From positions 9,839 to 73,838 of the forward strand of contig JAFGML010000039.1 of assembly GCA_016927555.1 (NCBI GenBank): DNA of 64,000 nucleotides, in the 5' to 3' direction. Below, in pieces: positions 19,547 through 30,600 of the stretch (positions are counted from its first letter, which is position 1; each line of letters begins with the position of its first letter). The notes beneath the pieces were generated by a model. That model was not told the origin of the DNA. It saw only the letters and a program-made list of their open reading frames with translations, and searched no databases. This stretch comes from Thermoplasmatota archaeon (GTDB lineage: Archaea; Thermoplasmatota; E2; DHVEG-1). The translations under genes and the position numbers were made by a program.

Positions 19547-20113
19547 TCACAGAGGAACCTCTCGTAGGATGGTATAGATAGGTCCTTGTCCGGTCAGCTC
19601 ACTTTTCTTCAGTGCGATGCTGTGTACCTCTTGTGTGGTGAATTCCATGGTGCTATAGCGTTCGAGTACTTTGAGGAGCTGGTCTTTCTTCTGTGCTGTT
19701 TTCATGCGACCGATGGTGAGATGTGGTGAGAATCCTTTTTTCTCCTTTGGAAAGCCAAGGGGTTCCAGATGGTGGTCTATAGCCTGAGCAAGAGTAGAGC
19801 TGTGACCGTCATCTACGATGCCTATCCAGAGGACTTTGATGTAGTTCTGATTCGGGAAGACGCCCGTGCCTTTCAGGGTGAGGGTAAATGGTTTGATTCC
19901 TTGGACTGCAGAAGTCATGGCTTGTTCGATGACGGGAATTTGGTCTTCCTCTGTATCTCCAAGGAATTTCATGGTGATGTGAATGTTGTGTGGCTCAACA
20001 AGTTTCACGTCAGCACCAATGCGTGCTATCTCTTCTTCAAAGGCGAGAATCTGAGGGGTAGCCTTGATGTCAAAAGCAATGAATCCTCGAAAGATGGCCA
20101 TAGTGTCCTCCAA
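19547..20113 (-). CDS. thpR: RNA 2',3'-cyclic phosphodiesterase / 2'-5' RNA ligase (2H phosphoesterase)
   Basis: Two H-x-T/S-x motifs: NIHITMKFLG and SPHLTIGRMK. 188 aa. Confidence 0.85.
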   Translation of the reverse strand: MEDTMAIFRGFIAFDIKATPQILAFEEEIARIGADVKLVEPHNIHITMKFLGDTEEDQIPVIEQAMTSAVQGIKPFTLTLKGTGVFPNQNYIKVLWIGIVDDGHSSTLAQAIDHHLEPLGFPKEKKGFSPHLTIGRMKTAQKKDQLLKVLERYSTMEFTTQEVHSIALKKSELTGQGPIYTILREVPL

Positions 20114-20185
20114 CGAACAGCGATTACATCAGCTTCCTCTTTATTATAGTCTTTCATGTGAGAATAAAAAAGGGGATAAATGTTT

Positions 20186-21019
20186 TCACTCGGTTAGGTC
20201 AATGCCGTACACCGTCTGAGGGTTCTCCACGTGAATGATGTGTGCCTGGTGATCAGTCATGAGATGGTGTGCAAGCAGGGTGCTGGTGAGTTTTGGAACT
20301 GTTTTGGGTCCAAGCACCGCCCCTGGGCGTTTGGGGTCGTCAATGTAATCAGTTTCCATCAGGAACCGTGTCCCCTTCTGTAACGCTGCGATAATGTTGT
20401 TTTTACTCGCAAGCACCGATGGCATCAACCCAGAGTTTTCCTCCCGTGTAATCAGTGGTGGTGAAAAATGTTTGACGATTTGCTCTGGGCGTAACCCCAC
20501 AGCGGCCCCCATGTCCACGAGTTCTTTGCAGAGCTCTGGTGTGGTGCTCTCTGTGTGCAACACCACTGGGACTCCAACATCCTTTGCTTGTGCCATCCCA
20601 TACTTGAGGATCTCATTGGAGTCTGCTATGACCTGGTCATCGACAGGGAAATGCGGCCGTCCGATTTCTCCCATGGCGATGCAGTGGCCTTGTGAACACA
20701 ACTCTGCTGCTTCATCCATTCCTTTTTTCATCATCGCAATAGTTTTCTCTCTACCAAAGGTCTCTTGAAGGGTGAGCAGGTCGACGGGGTACGGGCCTAC
20801 CACGACGAACACTACGACGTTTACAGCGGTTCGAATGTCTTCTGCGAGGCGGAGGGTCTGTGTGTAACACGCCTGGTAGCTCTGCTCTTGTGCCACCAAC
20901 GTAGGCATCGGGTACTGGCAGAGGACCAGATGAGTCCCACCTGCCTTCTGAAATTCTCGTACCGCGTCCAGACAACGTCCGTCTCTGCGGAGATGCAGAT
21001 GGTTTTCAAAGATGATCAC
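20186..21019 (-). CDS. TatD-family metal-dependent hydrolase (TIM-barrel DNase-like)
   Basis: N-terminal ENHLHL (HxH), later His/Glu/Asp-bearing strands (VVLHTEST, LMETDY). 277 aa. Confidence 0.6.
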   Translation of the reverse strand: MIIFENHLHLRRDGRCLDAVREFQKAGGTHLVLCQYPMPTLVAQEQSYQACYTQTLRLAEDIRTAVNVVVFVVVGPYPVDLLTLQETFGREKTIAMMKKGMDEAAELCSQGHCIAMGEIGRPHFPVDDQVIADSNEILKYGMAQAKDVGVPVVLHTESTTPELCKELVDMGAAVGLRPEQIVKHFSPPLITREENSGLMPSVLASKNNIIAALQKGTRFLMETDYIDDPKRPGAVLGPKTVPKLTSTLLAHHLMTDHQAHIIHVENPQTVYGIDLTE

Positions 21020-21084
21020 TGGTATAACCTCTGTGCAGAGTGAAAGGAGACGATACTATAAAAAGATAGAGAGTCGCACAGATG

Positions 21085-21381
21085 TTATAGTTCTACATTG
21101 ACCTCATTGCGACATTTCTTTTTCCCAGCAACCACATTCAGAACATCTTTTGCCAGGATCCAACCCATGTACCCCATGAAGAAGGTAAAGAACCCTACGA
21201 TGCTGTAAATGACAATATTTTTCAGTGACTCAGTTCCATCCTGGATCATTACAATCAGTGTTCCGGCTGCCAGGTAGCAGACGATGAGGACGACGATATA
21301 GTGAACACCGCTGAACTGAAATGAAATGGGAGGGAGGCTGAATCGTGTTTTCCTCTTCACCATCTTGTGTCCTTGACTCAT
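21085..21381 (-). CDS. Small two-TM membrane protein. The track ORF extends to 21642, but the N-terminal 87 codons look non-coding (Arg/Ser-rich).
   Basis: C-terminal 98 aa carry two hydrophobic helices (VHYIVVLIVCYLAAGTLIVMI, IVIYSIVGFFTFFMGYMGWIL). Start chosen at internal Met. Confidence 0.3.
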   Translation of the reverse strand: MSQGHKMVKRKTRFSLPPISFQFSGVHYIVVLIVCYLAAGTLIVMIQDGTESLKNIVIYSIVGFFTFFMGYMGWILAKDVLNVVAGKKKCRNEVNVEL

Positions 21382-21771
21382 TGTTGGTTGGATATCTTCT
21401 TGCCTCTCGCAGTAAACAGTCTGTTGTGGAAGCGACACACCCAGCGTGTAAAGAGTCTCTCGTCGTCTTCGATAGTCGTTCCTCATGTGGATGCAGTGGT
21501 GTCGTGAAAACGACGGTGATGTGGGGAGCATCCGGAGCACTGTGTTTTTTGTCTGCAGGTTGCGCGAGAGTATTTTATTGCTGATTTTTCTCCTTAGCAC
21601 CGGTCTTCCTCCTACTGAAACGATATTACTGAGTGATCCCAAAAAAGCAATAGGTGGATGCTATAAAAGCTTGTTTTGTAGCTAGCTATGCAACTGTGGT
21701 GCAGCTCATTATCCTGTCAACGTGCAGCTCTGTATGCACCTACATGCTCGACCATGTATCCCCGGCTGGTG

Positions 21772-22965
21772 TTAGGTATCAGAAATGATACTAATGATAT
21801 CGCCATCTTGGAGTTGATGGTCAGCGCCAATGACGCGGTGCGTCCGTGCATCAATGGCTCGAATGAAGTGATCACCAAGGTCGGTGTGAACCTTGTAGGC
21901 CAGGTCTTTGGCGGTCGTCCCCCGGGGAACCAAGTGTGCATCTGGTAGCACACGTCCTTCTTTATCGGTGAGATGGTGTTCGTCTTCGACAGGGTACACG
22001 ACGATGAGGTCAAGCAGACGGACTGCTTCGTCGATACACCGCTGCACGCCAGTCGAGCCGTACTTGGCTAGCACATGGGTCTTGATGTACTCCAGTGCGT
22101 TTAGTTGTTGCGCGGAGAGGTGCTCCTTTTTCATGACGTTGAAATCATTTCCCCCGGGTGTGTAATCTACAATTCCTTTTTCAGCAGCATTGGTGAGCGC
22201 AAGTTCACTTTCTGCACTCGTGGGAATGACGATGTAGCCTTTGAGTTCGTTCATCTTCTGCATCAGGTTCTCTGGTGCTTTGTCACACTTGTTGAACGCT
22301 ATGATGATTGGTTTGCTGATGGAGCGAACGTAGTTGGTCAGACTGAACAGTTCGTCATCAGTCCACTGTGCTGGTTTCTCTATATCAATGGCACCTTTCC
22401 GTATCGCCGCGGTGACGTGCTCCTCACGGATCCCAAGACCTGTAAGCTGCTCAGCAAGCATTTTCTCTATTTTTTTTCCCTCCAGCTCGCATCGCCGTGC
22501 GATAATCTCCCAGCTTTTTTTGATGATGCCAAAGAGCCAGTAGTTGATTTCTTTTTCAAGAAACGTCACATCGAGGAGTGGATCATGGCTGCCAGTGTCG
22601 CAGGGATTTCCTTCAGCGTCAGTGCTCCCTGAGGCATCGACAATATGAATCAATGCGTGGGCTTGCCGAAGATCATCGAGAAACTTATTCCCCAGCCCTT
22701 TGCCTTTGTGGGCATCAGGGACTAGGCCGGCGACGTCAATGGCTTCTATGGGGACAAAGCGTATGCCGTTCACACAGCGTGAGTTGCGCGGGGTACAGGT
22801 GACCTTTGCATCTTGGCAAGGACAGCGTTTACGGATGTACATCACCCCCCGGTTTGCCTCAATGGTGGTAAACGGGTAGTTTGCGATCTCAGCATGAGCT
22901 TTGGTCGCAGCGTTGAAAAACGTGGATTTCCCCACATTTGGTTTTCCAACAATACCAAGTTGCAT
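21772..22965 (-). CDS. Obg-family GTPase, YchF/Ygr210-like, with C-terminal TGS-like domain
   Basis: P-loop GIVGKPNVGKSTFFNA, G2 YPFTT, G3 DVAGL. Has a Cys-containing insertion. C-terminus QLQDGDIISIIS is TGS-like. Confidence 0.8.
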   Translation of the reverse strand: MQLGIVGKPNVGKSTFFNAATKAHAEIANYPFTTIEANRGVMYIRKRCPCQDAKVTCTPRNSRCVNGIRFVPIEAIDVAGLVPDAHKGKGLGNKFLDDLRQAHALIHIVDASGSTDAEGNPCDTGSHDPLLDVTFLEKEINYWLFGIIKKSWEIIARRCELEGKKIEKMLAEQLTGLGIREEHVTAAIRKGAIDIEKPAQWTDDELFSLTNYVRSISKPIIIAFNKCDKAPENLMQKMNELKGYIVIPTSAESELALTNAAEKGIVDYTPGGNDFNVMKKEHLSAQQLNALEYIKTHVLAKYGSTGVQRCIDEAVRLLDLIVVYPVEDEHHLTDKEGRVLPDAHLVPRGTTAKDLAYKVHTDLGDHFIRAIDARTHRVIGADHQLQDGDIISIISDT

Positions 22966-22970
22966 GTCTC

Positions 22971-24023
22971 TTACTCCAAGAGTCCTTTTACCTCGTCGAC
23001 AACATCGACATCGCTCTCAAAGCGTTTCACCTTTTCACGGGCCGCTTCCCTCTGTTTATCCTGAAAGGCGACTCCTTTTCTCCCCAGCAGCGTTCCGCGG
23101 ACCTGAGCGGTTTTTGAGAGCAGGATTTCTTCACCGGAGATGTTGCCACTAATTTGAACATCATCAGTGATATTAATGTTCCCAGTAGCGGTAATACCTC
23201 CATGGATTTTTACTTTGTGTTGGCACAAGACGTTCCCTGTTGCCCGTACAGCACCTATGAGTTCTGAGTGCTTTCCAATGATGACATTTCCCTTGACATC
23301 GTAGTTACCAACTACGGTGCATTGTGAGCCAACGTGGAGGTTTCCCTCTACCTTTGAGGTAATGTTACTGATGATGGAGTTATTGGGTATGAACAGGAAC
23401 GTTTCAGAAATAGGAATGGTTTCCCCCTGGCTGTCTTCGAGTTCTTCAAGGATACGCTCGATTTCTTCACTTCTGCCAAGCTTCAACAACTGCATGAGAT
23501 ATATAAAAATATATATAATGGTGGGGATGGAACTGCGAATATTGATCCAGCCTTTCGCTTCAAACCCTTGGTCGATTTCAACGCTATCACCCACATCCAA
23601 ATCACCTGTGAGAGACAGCTTTCCTTTTATCCGGGCTTTTTCCCCAAGGAAGACATTCCCGCCGCTTTGTATGTTGCCACCAATAGCGGAAAAGACGTCA
23701 ACACGAACGTCATGTGCCGCCTCAAGGGTCCCATCGATAATCACATGTTCTCCAACAAAAATTCGCCCATCCGTCCGTACCCCATAACGTACGATACATC
23801 GGTCGCTGATAATCACATCTCCTGTGGTGATAATCATTTTTTCTTGAAAAGATGTATGATCCGGTACAACCAGCGTTCTTCTATCAAAAGTCATTACTCC
23901 AGCGGAATCCACTGGTGTGTTATAAAACCAACGGCGACACACTACTGAAGAAGAAAAACATTGATATATCCACGATGTATACCTCGATAAACATTCCTTA
24001 AGGACGCTTGACTGCGCGCTCAT
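22971..24023 (-). CDS. Bactofilin-like (polymer-forming beta-helical) protein with two bactofilin-type repeat regions separated by a hydrophobic segment
   Basis: Repetitive short beta-strand pattern ([61 protein letters not shown], then [38 protein letters not shown]...). Central hydrophobic stretch [16 protein letters not shown]. Confidence 0.5.
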   Translation of the reverse strand: MSAQSSVLKECLSRYTSWIYQCFSSSVVCRRWFYNTPVDSAGVMTFDRRTLVVPDHTSFQEKMIITTGDVIISDRCIVRYGVRTDGRIFVGEHVIIDGTLEAAHDVRVDVFSAIGGNIQSGGNVFLGEKARIKGKLSLTGDLDVGDSVEIDQGFEAKGWINIRSSIPTIIYIFIYLMQLLKLGRSEEIERILEELEDSQGETIPISETFLFIPNNSIISNITSKVEGNLHVGSQCTVVGNYDVKGNVIIGKHSELIGAVRATGNVLCQHKVKIHGGITATGNINITDDVQISGNISGEEILLSKTAQVRGTLLGRKGVAFQDKQREAAREKVKRFESDVDVVDEVKGLLE

Positions 24024-24041
24024 CTACAGGGAGCTTTATTT

Positions 24042-26111
24042 ATGGAGTCAAATCACACAGAAACACCCGGTGAACATAACACACAAGAAAAAGAGATACT
24101 GCCTCCTATTGATAAGTGGATTGAGACAATTTCGTTTACCACCACAGAGGAAATAAAAGTCCCTGAGCTCCTTCTAGATCAAGTCATTGGACAGGAACAA
24201 GCAGTCGCGATCGTACGCAAGGCCGCAGAGCAGAAACGACACGTGATGCTCATTGGAGACCCTGGAACAGGGAAATCCATGATTGCTCGTGCGATGACTG
24301 AGTTTCTCCCAAAAGGTGAGCTTGAGGATATTATTGTCTATCCGAATAACGAGGATAACAACACACCAACCATCCGGGTTGTCCCCGCGGGGAAAGCCCA
24401 TGGGATCATCAAGGCGCAACGGGAAGAAGCAAAGCGAAAAGTCGAACAACAAAACAGTATGATCCTTGGTATTGTCTTGCTCATCGTGACGTTATCGCTC
24501 ATCGGGGCGATGATCTCTGGTCACATCGAGTACGCTGTCTTTGGTGTCATTGCTGCAGTCATGGTGTATTTAATTGTCGCACGAGGCGGGTTTTCTCAGC
24601 GACGTGAACTCCAGATGATTCCCAAACTCCTCGTCTCCCATGAGAAGAACGAATCCCCGCCATTCATTGATGCTACCGCTGCGCACTCTGGAGCCTTGCT
24701 TGGTGATGTACGGCACGATCCGTTTCAATCAGCCGGGTTGGAAACACCACCGCATCAACTCGTTGAAGCAGGAGCGATCCACCGTGCCCATAAGGGCGTC
24801 CTGTACATCGATGAGATCAATACATTGAGTCTTCCGTCTCAACAGCATCTGCTCACCGCGATTCAAGAGAAGAAATTCCAGATTACCGGACAATCGGAGC
24901 GGAGTTTTGGTGCCATGGTGAAAACCGAGCCTGCCCCCTGTGATTTCATCTTGGTATCCGCAGGCAACCTGGACGCGTTGAATGGCATGCACCCTGCGTT
25001 GCGATCCCGTATCCGTGGGTATGGGTATGAAACCTATCTGCACAGTGTCATGGATGATACCCAGCAGAATCGAGAGAAACTGATACGTTTTGTTGCTCAA
25101 GAAGTCAAGAAAGATGGCAAAATCCATCATTTTGATAAGATGGCGGTTGCTGAGGTGATCCATGAGGCGCAACGACGGGCAGGCCGGAAAGGAAAACTGT
25201 CGTTACGACTCCGTGAGCTTGGCGGTCTCATTCGAGTTGCTGGTGACATCGCGTATGAACGAGGCGATAAACTGATTACCCCGCAGCACGTCATTGAGGC
25301 AAAACGCGTTGCCCGGTCCTTAGAACAACAAGTCGCTGATCGAGCGTTGGAGTCACAGAAGAGCTACCGCTCCTTTAGGACAACCGGTGTGGAGGTTGGT
25401 GTCGTCAACGGTCTTGCTGTCCACTCCGCTGATCCCTCCATGAGCGAATTCTCTGGTTTGGTCCTGCCTATCGTCGCTGAAGTGACTCCCGCAGGGTCTC
25501 AGTCGGAAGGAAAAGTGATTGCAACAGGAAAACTGGGAGATATTGCCAAAGAATCAGTACAAAATATCTCTGCGATTATCAAAAAATATATGGGGCGGGA
25601 CATCTCCAAGCACGACATTCACATCCAGTTCATCGGCACCTATGAAGGCGTGGAGGGTGACTCCGCGAGCATCTCGCTGATTACCGCGGTGATTTCAGCC
25701 ATGGAGAGTGTACCAGTGCGACAGGATGTCGCCATGACCGGGTCTATCAGTATCCGTGGTACGGTGCTTCCCATCGGCGGGGTGACCGCGAAGATAGAGG
25801 CGGCTGCTGAGGCAGGGATTAAAACCGTCCTGATTCCCAAAGCAAATTTAAATGATGTCCTCATCGAAGATAAATACAAGACACTGGTGGAAATCATCCC
25901 TGTTGAAACCTTAACAGATGTGTTACGCTCAGCATTAGTCGGGGAGGGAAAAGAGGACCTGTTACGGAAGTTAAAAGAGATGCGTCCTCCCAGGATTATC
26001 GGAAAAGTAGAACTGGAATCAGAACGCAAGGCACGCCCACCGCTCCCATCTGAGGACGATAAGAAAAAACGATACATCTCCGCTCCTGAGCAGAACGAGA
26101 CCAAGAGGTAA
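24042..26111 (+). CDS. lonB: Archaeal membrane-bound Lon protease (LonB)
   Basis: Walker [12 protein letters not shown]. Two TM helices inserted into the AAA+ domain ([33 protein letters not shown]). Protease domain with catalytic Ser in GDSASISL and a downstream Lys. Confidence 0.9.
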   Translation: MESNHTETPGEHNTQEKEILPPIDKWIETISFTTTEEIKVPELLLDQVIGQEQAVAIVRKAAEQKRHVMLIGDPGTGKSMIARAMTEFLPKGELEDIIVYPNNEDNNTPTIRVVPAGKAHGIIKAQREEAKRKVEQQNSMILGIVLLIVTLSLIGAMISGHIEYAVFGVIAAVMVYLIVARGGFSQRRELQMIPKLLVSHEKNESPPFIDATAAHSGALLGDVRHDPFQSAGLETPPHQLVEAGAIHRAHKGVLYIDEINTLSLPSQQHLLTAIQEKKFQITGQSERSFGAMVKTEPAPCDFILVSAGNLDALNGMHPALRSRIRGYGYETYLHSVMDDTQQNREKLIRFVAQEVKKDGKIHHFDKMAVAEVIHEAQRRAGRKGKLSLRLRELGGLIRVAGDIAYERGDKLITPQHVIEAKRVARSLEQQVADRALESQKSYRSFRTTGVEVGVVNGLAVHSADPSMSEFSGLVLPIVAEVTPAGSQSEGKVIATGKLGDIAKESVQNISAIIKKYMGRDISKHDIHIQFIGTYEGVEGDSASISLITAVISAMESVPVRQDVAMTGSISIRGTVLPIGGVTAKIEAAAEAGIKTVLIPKANLNDVLIEDKYKTLVEIIPVETLTDVLRSALVGEGKEDLLRKLKEMRPPRIIGKVELESERKARPPLPSEDDKKKRYISAPEQNETKR

Positions 26112-26133
26112 AGTACCGTTGTGGTGCTGTGAG

Positions 26134-26634
26134 ATGAAGGCGTTGTTCATCGGTCGTTTTCAACCCTTTCATAATGGACATTTACTTGTCTTACAACACA
26201 TGAGTACAGAGTATGCTCAGATCATCATCGGCATCGGCTCATCCCAGTATCACCATACCATGGATAATCCTTTTTCAGATGAGGAACGACGACAGATGAT
26301 TGTAAAATCACTTGAGGCTGCAGGCATTCACTCCTATCGCCTGGTGTCGATTCCTGACATCCATGATCCACCTCGATGGGTGGACCACGTCTGTTCCCTG
26401 GTGTCTGACTTTGATGTTGTCATCGCGAATAATCCACTCACTCGGCAGTTATTTTCGGAGAAAGGGTACACAGTCAGAGGTACTCCATCTTTTCATCGTA
26501 CCCACTATTCGGGGAAAGAAATCCGGAGACGAATGGTGCATGGTGAATCGTGGCATGAGCTGGTTCCTGAGCCAGTGAGTCGTCTGATTCACTCCCTTGA
26601 TGGTGTCAAACGAGTGAAGAACCTCCAGCCGTAG
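26134..26634 (+). CDS. nadM: Nicotinamide-nucleotide adenylyltransferase, archaeal NadM type
   Basis: MKALFIGRFQPFHNGH is the (H/T)xGH nucleotidyltransferase motif. The track start at 26119 adds MWCCE. The start at 26134 is preferred. Confidence 0.85.
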   Translation: MKALFIGRFQPFHNGHLLVLQHMSTEYAQIIIGIGSSQYHHTMDNPFSDEERRQMIVKSLEAAGIHSYRLVSIPDIHDPPRWVDHVCSLVSDFDVVIANNPLTRQLFSEKGYTVRGTPSFHRTHYSGKEIRRRMVHGESWHELVPEPVSRLIHSLDGVKRVKNLQP

Positions 26635-26640
26635 TCTCGT

Positions 26641-26667
26641 TTTTTTGTTTGGGTTTTTTTTTTTTTT
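26641..26667 (+). terminator. Oligo-T terminator downstream of nadM (ttttttgtttgggtttttttttttttt)
   Basis: T-run beginning 7 nt after the TAG stop at 26632-26634. Archaeal termination occurs at oligo-T tracts. Confidence 0.55.
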
Positions 26668-26688
26668 GATAAGAGTTGTACAGATATA

Positions 26689-26700
26689 TTTATATAAAAA
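26689..26700 (+). promoter_or_regulatory. TATA box (tttatataaaaa) about 20-30 nt upstream of the ATG at 26719. Likely a leaderless transcript.
   Basis: Read directly. Spacing to the start codon is typical for archaeal promoters. Confidence 0.5.
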
Positions 26701-26718
26701 TAAGAGAACCACAGGATT

Positions 26719-27639
26719 ATGACACTGGTGAGACGAGAACAGGGTACGAAAATACATGTGTATCTAGAGCTCCTTCGGCCGTTTACCTTGCTTGCTCCTT
26801 TCATCGTCTCAAGTTGTGTGATAATAGCCGGCTTAGTGTCATCTGGGCGATCTGATCTGTCGTATCTCTCCCTTCTCAGTACCGTTCTCTCCGCTAGCCT
26901 CTGTTTCGTCTTGCTCAACGGAGCATCAAACGCGTTGAATCAAGCCACTGATTGGAGAGAAGATGCGCTGTCAAAACCCTACCGTCCAGTCCCACGCGGG
27001 CGTCTCTCAGTTCAGGAGGCGTACACGGTCTCGGTCATCTTGTATGGGACTGCCCTGCTCCTCTCCTTCACTGTGCATCTGCTCTTTAGTCTCTTTGTGG
27101 TATGTATCGCATGTTTTTCAATTACCTATTCGGTGCCGCCACGTATGAAAAGAATACTGCTGGTGAATCAGCTCTGGGTTGCTCTCCCCCGAGGCTTCCT
27201 TGGTATCGTAGGATCCTGGAGTGTGTTTGGAAATCCGTTTGATGCTCTTCCGCTAGCTATTGGTGGCATCGCTGCGCTCTTCCTCTTTGGTGGTACTGCC
27301 ACAAAGGATATCGTTGATGCAGAGGCTGACAGAGCAGCTGGGACAAGAACACTGGTCAATGTCTTTGGAGTAAAACCAACAGCCTGTGTCTCTGTCCTCT
27401 GCATGGTGAGTGCGTTTGGTCTGATTATCCCTCTCGTGTCTCTCCATATCCTGGCTGACTTCCTGTTACCACTGACCTTCCTCTGCTTCTTCAGTGTGCT
27501 CATCGGATGGTTAATGGTGAGAAATCACAGAAACACAACATGTGAGAACACCTCAGCGTGGACGTTGATGTATGCGACGTACTTTATTTTTGCTTTGAGT
27601 TTTGCTGTGTTTTCCATTTCTTTTTCTGTCGTAGCGTAG
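26719..27639 (+). CDS. UbiA-family prenyltransferase (paralog type A)
   Basis: 8-9 TM. Asp-rich motifs NALNQATDWREDALSKPYRPVPRG and KDIVDAEADRAAG. Confidence 0.8.
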   Translation: MTLVRREQGTKIHVYLELLRPFTLLAPFIVSSCVIIAGLVSSGRSDLSYLSLLSTVLSASLCFVLLNGASNALNQATDWREDALSKPYRPVPRGRLSVQEAYTVSVILYGTALLLSFTVHLLFSLFVVCIACFSITYSVPPRMKRILLVNQLWVALPRGFLGIVGSWSVFGNPFDALPLAIGGIAALFLFGGTATKDIVDAEADRAAGTRTLVNVFGVKPTACVSVLCMVSAFGLIIPLVSLHILADFLLPLTFLCFFSVLIGWLMVRNHRNTTCENTSAWTLMYATYFIFALSFAVFSISFSVVA

Positions 27640-30600
27640 TCCTAACATCCGCTGCGAGGACACAGGTGACGATGATTGTTCCGATGAGGACTAGATAAAA
27701 CCCTGTGCTGAACCCCCAACTCGACTGTAGGGGGATGTCCTCATCACCGATGGAGACCGTGATGGTACCGTCACCGAAAACAGTGCCAAGGCTTGTCTCC
27801 GCAAGCTTCGTTGTGCCAAGATAGAATGAGAAGAGGATAACCAACAAGAGACACACAGCGACAAAACTCAACAGGAGCGCGTACGTTTTTTTCTGTGCTC
27901 TCTTAATGATAATGCCGATGCTTAAACTCACACAGACAAGTGTTGCGAGAGGAAACATAGCGCTGAGGAATGAGAGGAAGATGTCTGGTAGTTCTTCTGT
28001 GTCTAAAAACACACGGTCCTGGTATGTCGTCTGTTGAATCATGACCCCAGGGTTGATGTACATAGCGGTGTGTCGTTCTGCTGGTGGTGTCAGGCTGTCT
28101 CCATGGAACTGCCACCAGGGCTGGACGAAGGAGAAAGCGATCAGCAGAATCACAAGGCATTTTAACAGTGAGGAGACTGAAAATTTCTTTAAGAGTGTTA
28201 ACCCAAGAAAGAAGCAAAATAACCCGAAGAGAAACAGTGAAACCAGAAGGGATACCAAGGATTCGAGGGTCGTGACAAACGTCAGATGCCGATCGTTGGT
28301 TAACTCCAGGTCTTTTTCTCCGATGAGTTCTTCAGCACAGTAGGCTTGAATAGTGTATCGAGCCGGTGGCAGAGAAATAATTCTATCCTGCGTACGTGTA
28401 ACAGACAGTCCATCGCGAAGGACGACGAAGGTGATGCCCTCCTGGGTGACGACGTTTCCCTTCGAATCAAGCAAATCGATCGTCAGTTGAAAAGAGGCGG
28501 TAAACTCCATGCGGATATGGTCACTACTATTAGGAATCGTGACACGTTGAGTATCAATGAAATCACCATAGGTGAGTTGGAGGATGTACTCCCCGGCAGG
28601 GATGCGTTCAAACACGAATTGTCCCTCCCCACTGTCCGCGGGGGTGAGTTGAATGGCTCTCTGCTCTGAGGTAGTCAACAACATCGGTGTAACACTGACG
28701 CCTGGTGGAAGCCCAAGGGTGTCTGTTACAGTGATGGTAATGGTGTACAATTCCAAGGTGACATCTTCAGTGTATCTCTTCAAGGTTTGCTGGAGTTCTT
28801 TGTCATAGACGACGAAATCTTTGTACTCTGCGTGAACTGTGTAAGGATCTTGAGGGTTGTAGGGAACCTTTAGAAGAAGCTCTCCTGTACTCGGTGTTGT
28901 GTTGTCATCAAACAACACACCGTCTCTGTTGGTGACTGATCCGTGGATTCCTGGGATGCCGTTCCCCTGTTGGTCAAGGAAGAGTATAGTGATGGTGCGC
29001 TGCCACGTACACCTGACTATCACGGTTTTGTCCTTGTCCAGAACAACAACAGTTGCACCAGTGAACATTTTTGTGCTGTTCCCTCGTTTCCAGAAGACCT
29101 TGACGAGGTACTCCCCCTCGAGGGTTTCATAGAATGTTTTTGAAGCCCTCGTGAACACGCTCCGATTTGCAGCACCTGCGGCGATGAGCTGTCCTTCGCG
29201 GTGCAGCTCAATCCACATCACTGGAAAGAGGCGTGCAGTCAGGTTTGCTAACCGTGGAAATGACAGGTGTGTCCCGCCAAACCGTGTGATGACTGTTAGG
29301 TTATACTGGTGGAGTTGCCGTTCAAAGGGTGTGTCGCCAAACTGTGAGCGCGATTGAACCAGCGTCTGGTAGACTCGTGATTCATGTTGGACTGCTTCGT
29401 ACCCCCCATGCTCAGAGTAGTACACTTCTGCATTGAAGTTAACTACTAGGTCTGAAGGAATCATGATATCGTGACTTTGTCCAGGTTCGTAAGAGTTTCT
29501 GCCAAAGTTGATCGACGCGTAGTCTACTTCTGTTCCTAGGAAGTTGAAATACTCTTTTTCTGTCACTTTAATCTGGATGCCATCGTGTTCATCTGTCCCT
29601 GATGTGACGATTCCTTTGTTAGATGAGAAGATCACAGCAGACGCTTTCCCTGCTTTGCCGTCACCAGCGCATAGCCATGCTTCTGCGCCAAGGTCCTCAT
29701 CGTTTCTGAAGGGGATGATCCACTCACGGTCCTTTGTGGCAGGATCCTGGTTCATTTGATATTCCTTGATGATATCATTTTTATCGTAGAAATTCAGATA
29801 GGGGGGTATCTGACCGAAGTTGAGAGCATCGATGCTTGCGCTCTTCGATTTCAGTTGGATGATTGAGCCAAAACGTCCATCGATGTTCTCGATGCCTTCC
29901 ACGGTGGCCTCTTGGAGCATCTCATGCTTTACAGACACATCGATTTTCTTGTCGTCAACAGGGTAGTAGTAGTATTTATACAGCGCTGTTGTCCTGATAT
30001 CTTTCTTTTTTGATTCGCTGATGATGCCGAATTGCACCATCAGGTTTCCATCAACGAAGATTTTTTTATCAATGAACGTTTGATCTGAGGAGCTCTCATC
30101 TTTCTCTTTACTGCCGTAGTAATACGAGAAAGCAAAGGAGACAATCTGATCTGCTCCGAGGAGATCATAGGTGTGCGCTCCTTTCTTTTGTTTGACGACC
30201 ACCTGAGAAATAGATCGATCTAATAGATTTCCTTCTTGTCCTACCGCGTAGAGACAACAGCCGTCTTCTGTGACGCCGTAGTAGGTTGCTTGTGCTGAGA
30301 CATCAGGGAGCGGCGATGAGCTGTAGTACGCGTCTTTGACGCTGACATGGTCTGTGTACTGTACGCATGTGGTCTCGTGGTCATGGTAGTAGAGGAAGTA
30401 TCGTTCCGTTCCATCTGCGTAGGTCGGGATGAGGAAGACAACGTTGCATGCTGTTATGTGTGTCGGGTCGCTTGAGTCTGTTTTCAGGTTGTAGATCTGT
30501 GATTCTAGCTCATGCCATGCAGCGTGGTGCCAGCAGCAGATGCGGATCGATGTTCTGTTCTCATCTTCTGACCAGCATGGGTTTTCGAAGGTGATGCGAA

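Noticed and set aside
21382-21642. N-terminal 87 codons of track ORF 21085..21642
   Set aside because: Arg/Ser/His-rich and non-protein-like. The gene more likely starts at the internal Met at 21381, or this portion is 5' UTR.
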